NCBI GenBank assembly: GCA_964234715.1
Contig: OZ174284.1
Reading direction: 5' to 3' (one strand)
From: Podarcis melisellensis
Lineage: Eukaryota
DNA length: 64,000 nucleotides
The notes beneath the pieces were generated by a model, which saw nothing but the letters and a program-made list of their open reading frames with translations, ran no database searches and was not told the DNA's origin. Position numbers and translations under genes: made by a program. Every line of letters starts with the position of its first letter. Position 1 is the stretch's first letter. Shown here one piece after another: positions 62,216-64,000 of the stretch.

Positions 62216-64000
62216 CATAGATTGTGAGCAGGCTCGCTTTGAGCAGTCCATTTTGGGACATTGCATATAAATATAGGGGAAAGTGTTTGACTGCAAAGAT
62301 CTGAATTCAAATTCCTGCTCATGTCACTTGGACCAGACATGGTTCCTCAGCTTTGAACTTTATAGGGTCAGTCAGAGGTTAAAGTAAGATAAGAGAGGGC
62401 TACAAATATGATAAAGGTGAATTGTGTTTGAATACGCATGTACATGTTTAGGTGCAGATAAGTGGTAAACCCTGCCACGAAGCCCTGTGGTACCACTACA
62501 ATATGAATACACTCAGAAGCTAGTTGTCGGTGAGGCAGATGTGCTAACAACTCTTCTTTAATATTTAGGCAATTGTAGTTCTTCAATATGTAGAACTTTG
62601 TTAAAAACGAAGGCAGCTGCCATATACTATAATTAATACAACATAATATAGCATTCTTACACATATTTAGGCTTATCTCTACTCAAATGAGTATTCATGC
62701 AGACTCTTTTTGTCAAGCTCTAAAAACCTCCCATATGCTTTACCTATTCAGATCTCTGCTGGGACAATAATTCACAGCTGTTTATCTTTCTGCCAGGGAT
62801 GATGATCCATGCCACCCGGGCTGCTAAGCTGTTGAAGCTCTCCCAGGCTTTTGCTTTCATCAGCCTGATTTTCACTTTCCCCACTTTTCTCAAGAGTTGC
62901 TGGCTACGTGCCTAGTTAAGCTCTCCCACACTGCCTCACTACACAAAAAGTCAGTGTTTTTCCCCCACCTCCAGTTCACAAGCACTATCTGTCTAGCTAT
63001 TTTTCTGTCTAGAGCTGGCAGCAGCCCAGGCTTTGCAGATCCCTTTTTTTCTTCTTCTGGCATTTGCTGACTTTATACCATGCATTGTTCCAACAAGCTT
63101 AAGCAGGCCTTGGCTAGGCATCCTCAGCTAAGGATATCAGCATTGGAAAAGTAAGGGATATTGTGGAACAGGTGTGACTGAACTTTGGGGATGAATAGAT
63201 CTCTACCGATCTGAAAAAAGGAATGATGTTTTGCATTTTTCTTGACGGAGAAATATGGCAATGTTAGCGTTGACCCAACATATCTCTATCACAGTTTTTC
63301 TGGGGAGTGCCAAGCAATGTGGTGTTATAATTCTGCCTGAGTGATAGCAGGTAGAGCATTTCAGTATGGATATCAAATTCACATCTATGCTGTTCCGTTA
63401 AAGCTTACTGGCTGGCTTTAGGGTAGATCATAAGTAGGATATGTTAGATACTAATATCTATCTAAAGTGTTAAATCATAATAAAAGTAACAGTTCTGGAG
63501 TTCCAATAATATTTATTGGAAATTCAGCTTTTAACAGTGAAAATAGGTTAGCCCCATTCAGACATTCTAAATCTTCCCCATTATCTTACACAAATAAATA
63601 TTTAGAGAATTTTATGTTAGGATTAAATTATCCTAACCCCAACTCCCAAATCATAGCCCTAATCTGGATTGAGCCCTCTATTACAGTATTTGCTTTTTGA
63701 GTCATCCAATCAGTTGGTAGTTGTGTGAAGGATATGCACACACAAACACACACACAGTTACACAGACAGACCAAGATGTACTTTCATTCTAAATCACAGC
63801 TTAGAAGTCATCCTTTTCTTTGCCAAAAGGTGATGTTCAGATGACATTTTACTATCAAAGAAGGGTAGCATAATTGTTGTTTGCTACCAAAAAGGCAGTG
63901 GACTATTACAATCCAAAGGCAAGTGTTTTTCAGTGGACAAAAACCATTCTAGGTGTTATAGGGACAACCGGTGTGTGTGTGTGTGTTTCTAAATGGATAA

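Overview
Vertebrate genomic DNA from a squamate reptile, probably a lacertid lizard judging by the Sauria-SINE, Squam3-like, CR1 and L2 repeat content. The whole window lies inside a neuron navigator 3 (NAV3) gene on the + strand. Ten consecutive internal coding exons (6728-61279) have canonical AG/GT boundaries and matching phases, and encode the Ser-rich middle region (GEDPEARRMRTVKNIADLRQNLEE...GSFRDSMEE). The 29-kb intron 14289-43714 carries two striking young insertions. (i) A 1970-bp non-autonomous hAT (Charlie-like) element with perfect 15-bp TIRs and an 8-bp TSD. It contains one captured Tc1/mariner (Tc2-like) end and about 12 copies of a 118-bp, ~74% GC unit built from two long palindromes. 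(ii) A 4603-bp Ty1/copia LTR retrotransposon on the - strand with two apparently identical 366-bp LTRs, a 5-bp TSD and an uninterrupted NC-PR-IN-RT-RH frame. Its capsid-coding part of gag is deleted, its half-tRNA primer site is shortened, and it is nested in a Tc2-like MITE. The rest is intronic sequence with SINEs, LINE fragments, MITEs and microsatellites, plus one isolated 71-nt near-perfect hairpin. Family assignments come from recognition of motifs, not from database searches.
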